This document shows positions 62,067 to 64,000 of a stretch of DNA of 64,000 nt, piece after piece. The position numbers and the translations under genes are program-made. Origin of the DNA: Vulcanimicrobiota bacterium (GTDB lineage: Bacteria > Vulcanimicrobiota > Vulcanimicrobiia > Vulcanimicrobiales > Vulcanimicrobiaceae); NCBI GenBank assembly GCA_963795855.1, contig CAWCIZ010000003.1, positions 736,001 through 800,000 on the forward strand, in the 5' to 3' direction. A model generated the notes under the pieces. The model saw only the letters and a program-made list of their open reading frames with translations. It was not told the DNA's origin and searched no databases. Position 1 is the stretch's first letter. Every line of letters starts with the position of its first letter.

Positions 62067-63343
62067 TCGTCCACTCGTTGTGCGCGCGCTTCGGCATCGA
62101 CGGTGCCGTGCGCGAGGCCGCACTGCGCGCCGAAGAGCGCGTGCGGGACGTGCGGTACGATGCGCAAACCCGCGTGAAGGCGAACGTGATCGCGGCGTTT
62201 CTCGATGAAGGAGTGAACGAGAGCGACTTCGCCGGCTCGACCGGGTACGGCTACGACGATGCCGCGCGAGAACGGTACGAGTCGCTGCTTGCGCGCATCT
62301 TCGGTTGCGAACGCGCGCTCGCGCGCCTTTCATTCGTAAGCGGCACGCATGCGATCGTTACGGCGCTCGCGGCGTGCGTCCCGCCGGGCAAAACACTGCT
62401 GAGCATTACCGGCCGTCCCTACGATACGCTGCGCAATGCGATAATGCAGGCGCCGCACAATTTGCTATCCGCGGGCGTCGGCTATTGCGAAGTGATGCTC
62501 GCGCGCACGCCGTCTGCGCACGACGATGCGTTCGATCTCGACGCGATAGCGGCGGCGCTTGCGGATCCCGCCGTCGCCGCCGTATTCGTTCAGCGATCGC
62601 GCGGCTACGCGCCGCGTCCCTCCGTGAACGTCGCCGCATGCGAACGCGCGTTTGCGTTCGTGAAATCGCTGCGCCCCGACGTCGTCATTCTCGTCGACAA
62701 CTGCTACGGCGAGCTCGTCGAAGAGCAAGAGCCGACGCACGCCGGAGCCGATCTCGTCATGGGCTCGCTGATCAAGAACTTGGGCGGTACGCTGGCGCCG
62801 GCGGGGGGCTACGTGGCGGGTCGCGCGGGCTTGGTAGAACGCGTCGCAGCGCGCCTGTATGCGCCGGGTTTGGGAGATGCCCTCGGGCCGACGCTCGGCT
62901 TGGGCCGCGCGTTCATCCAAGGGCTGTTTCTCGCGCCGCTCGTCGTCGAACAAGCGCTGCGCGGGCTCGACTTCGCATCCGCACTCTTCGCCGAACTCGG
63001 TTATCCCGTCGATCCACAGCCGGGCTGCCGCCGAACTGACATCGTGCAGGCCATTCGGCTCGGCGATCCCGATCGGCTCATCCGCTTTTCGCAAGCGTTA
63101 CAAAGTGCGATGCCGGTGAATGCGCGCTTTCGTCCCGAACCAGGCGCCGTCCCCGGCTATGTGGATAAGGTGATCATGTCGAGCGGCGCGTTCGTAGGCG
63201 GCGCCACTATCGAACTCTCGTGCGATGCGCCGCTGCGAGAACCGTACGAAGTATATCTGCAAGGTGGTATGATCGCGGAGCACGCAATGCTCGGCGCGCT
63301 GCGAGCAGCGCAGGCATTGCCGGCAAAGGTACCTTTCAACTAG
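62063..63343 (+). CDS. YnbB/aluminium-resistance family PLP protein (Met_gamma_lyase family)
   Basis: STGYGYDD, VSGTHAI, GRPYDTL, QRSRGY, VDNCYGE, GSLIKNLGG, ELSCDAP, YLQGG. Confidence 0.92.
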   Translation: MIVHSLCARFGIDGAVREAALRAEERVRDVRYDAQTRVKANVIAAFLDEGVNESDFAGSTGYGYDDAARERYESLLARIFGCERALARLSFVSGTHAIVTALAACVPPGKTLLSITGRPYDTLRNAIMQAPHNLLSAGVGYCEVMLARTPSAHDDAFDLDAIAAALADPAVAAVFVQRSRGYAPRPSVNVAACERAFAFVKSLRPDVVILVDNCYGELVEEQEPTHAGADLVMGSLIKNLGGTLAPAGGYVAGRAGLVERVAARLYAPGLGDALGPTLGLGRAFIQGLFLAPLVVEQALRGLDFASALFAELGYPVDPQPGCRRTDIVQAIRLGDPDRLIRFSQALQSAMPVNARFRPEPGAVPGYVDKVIMSSGAFVGGATIELSCDAPLREPYEVYLQGGMIAEHAMLGALRAAQALPAKVPFN

Positions 63344-63364
63344 CCACGAACGGATATTGCCGCA

Positions 63365-63731
63365 GTGACGACAGAGCAGTCCGGGTCCCCGCAGCAACGG
63401 CGCTTCTTTCGCGCCTCGGTCGACTTTCCGGTGACGGTCATCGTTCCGGGCTGCGGAGCTCGTCATGTACGGCGGCGCCGTGGATTTAAGCGGCGGCGGT
63501 TTGCGCGTCATCACCAAGAATGATTTGAGTTCGGGACAAAACGTGACGCTGCGTTTCACGCTTCCCGATAGCGGTCACGAGATGATGGTGCGCGGACGAG
63601 TCGTCTTGTCGTTCTTCGATGCCGGGAAACAGCAGTTCGCGCACGGCGTCGCGTTTACCCAAATAGCAGCGGCCGATCAAAGCGCAATCGTGGAATACAT
63701 CCACGAACTGCAGCAGCGCGCTCGCGCTTAG
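63365..63731 (+). CDS. Stand-alone PilZ-domain protein (frameshift near 63452)
   Basis: QRRFFR (RxxxR) in one frame, DLSGGG and GVAF in the next. Confidence 0.82.
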
Positions 63732-63943
63732 TCGTTCCCGCCTTCGCCCAAAAAGCCGTAGAAGAAATATTTGTTGCCGTCGGACGTCGTGACGACGATC
63801 CGCGTTTCTTCGAGTTCGGCTGCCGTTATGGTCTTGCCGATCATCGTTTCGAGAATCGTCTGCGCTTGCAGAAATTCCGCCTCGCGCAGTGCGTCGGGCT
63901 CAACCTCGATGAGGTGCAGCAACTCGTCGATCCTATCGTTCAT
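63728..63943 (-). CDS. Small acidic hypothetical protein
   Basis: MNDRIDELLHLIEV..MIGKTITAAELEETRIVVTTSDGNKYFFYGF; protein-like composition. Confidence 0.6.
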   Translation of the reverse strand: MNDRIDELLHLIEVEPDALREAEFLQAQTILETMIGKTITAAELEETRIVVTTSDGNKYFFYGFLGEGGND

Positions 63944-64000
63944 CCCCGCCTCAGCGCCCGGCTCGAATATCCTTAGCGTCACTTACAGAGTATCGTCCGG

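Overview
GC-rich, densely coding bacterial chromosome segment. It combines diderm envelope genes (LptD-like protein, two TonB-dependent receptors) with Firmicutes-like features (lexA/yneA-like pair, GAAC-N4-GTTC boxes, ynbB-like gene). My tentative inference is Ca. Eremiobacterota/WPS-2; this is unverified. Contents in order: nucleoside salvage (pdp, deoB); a ~18 kb surface-glycan operon (priming GT, MurJ-like and Wzx flippases, GT2/GT4/GT9, two large GT-C/AftD-like proteins, methyltransferases, an aminosugar triad); rmlC/rmlD, uxs, gmd/rmd; a PAPS module (cysD-cysNC-tauE) with a divergent PHP phosphatase; an ECF sigma/anti-sigma locus; B12-dependent lysine 5,6-aminomutase kamDE; thiolase-hbd-acyl-CoA dehydrogenase; sucCD; two Cys-rich TonB-dependent receptor paralogs; a nucleotidyltransferase toxin-antitoxin-like pair; lexA/LysM; an orphan PTS EIIC; two PilZ proteins. 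About 20 single-base frameshifts are scattered through otherwise intact genes and are best explained as consensus errors, so genes are given as reconstructed spans. No rRNA, tRNA, CRISPR array or transposase was seen. The most unusual signals are an identical 35-nt GGA-loop hairpin inside both receptor genes, a ~55-nt covarying palindromic element abutting the kamE and gmd start codons, structured receptor leaders, the GT-C-based glycan system, and kamDE embedded among nucleotide-sugar genes.
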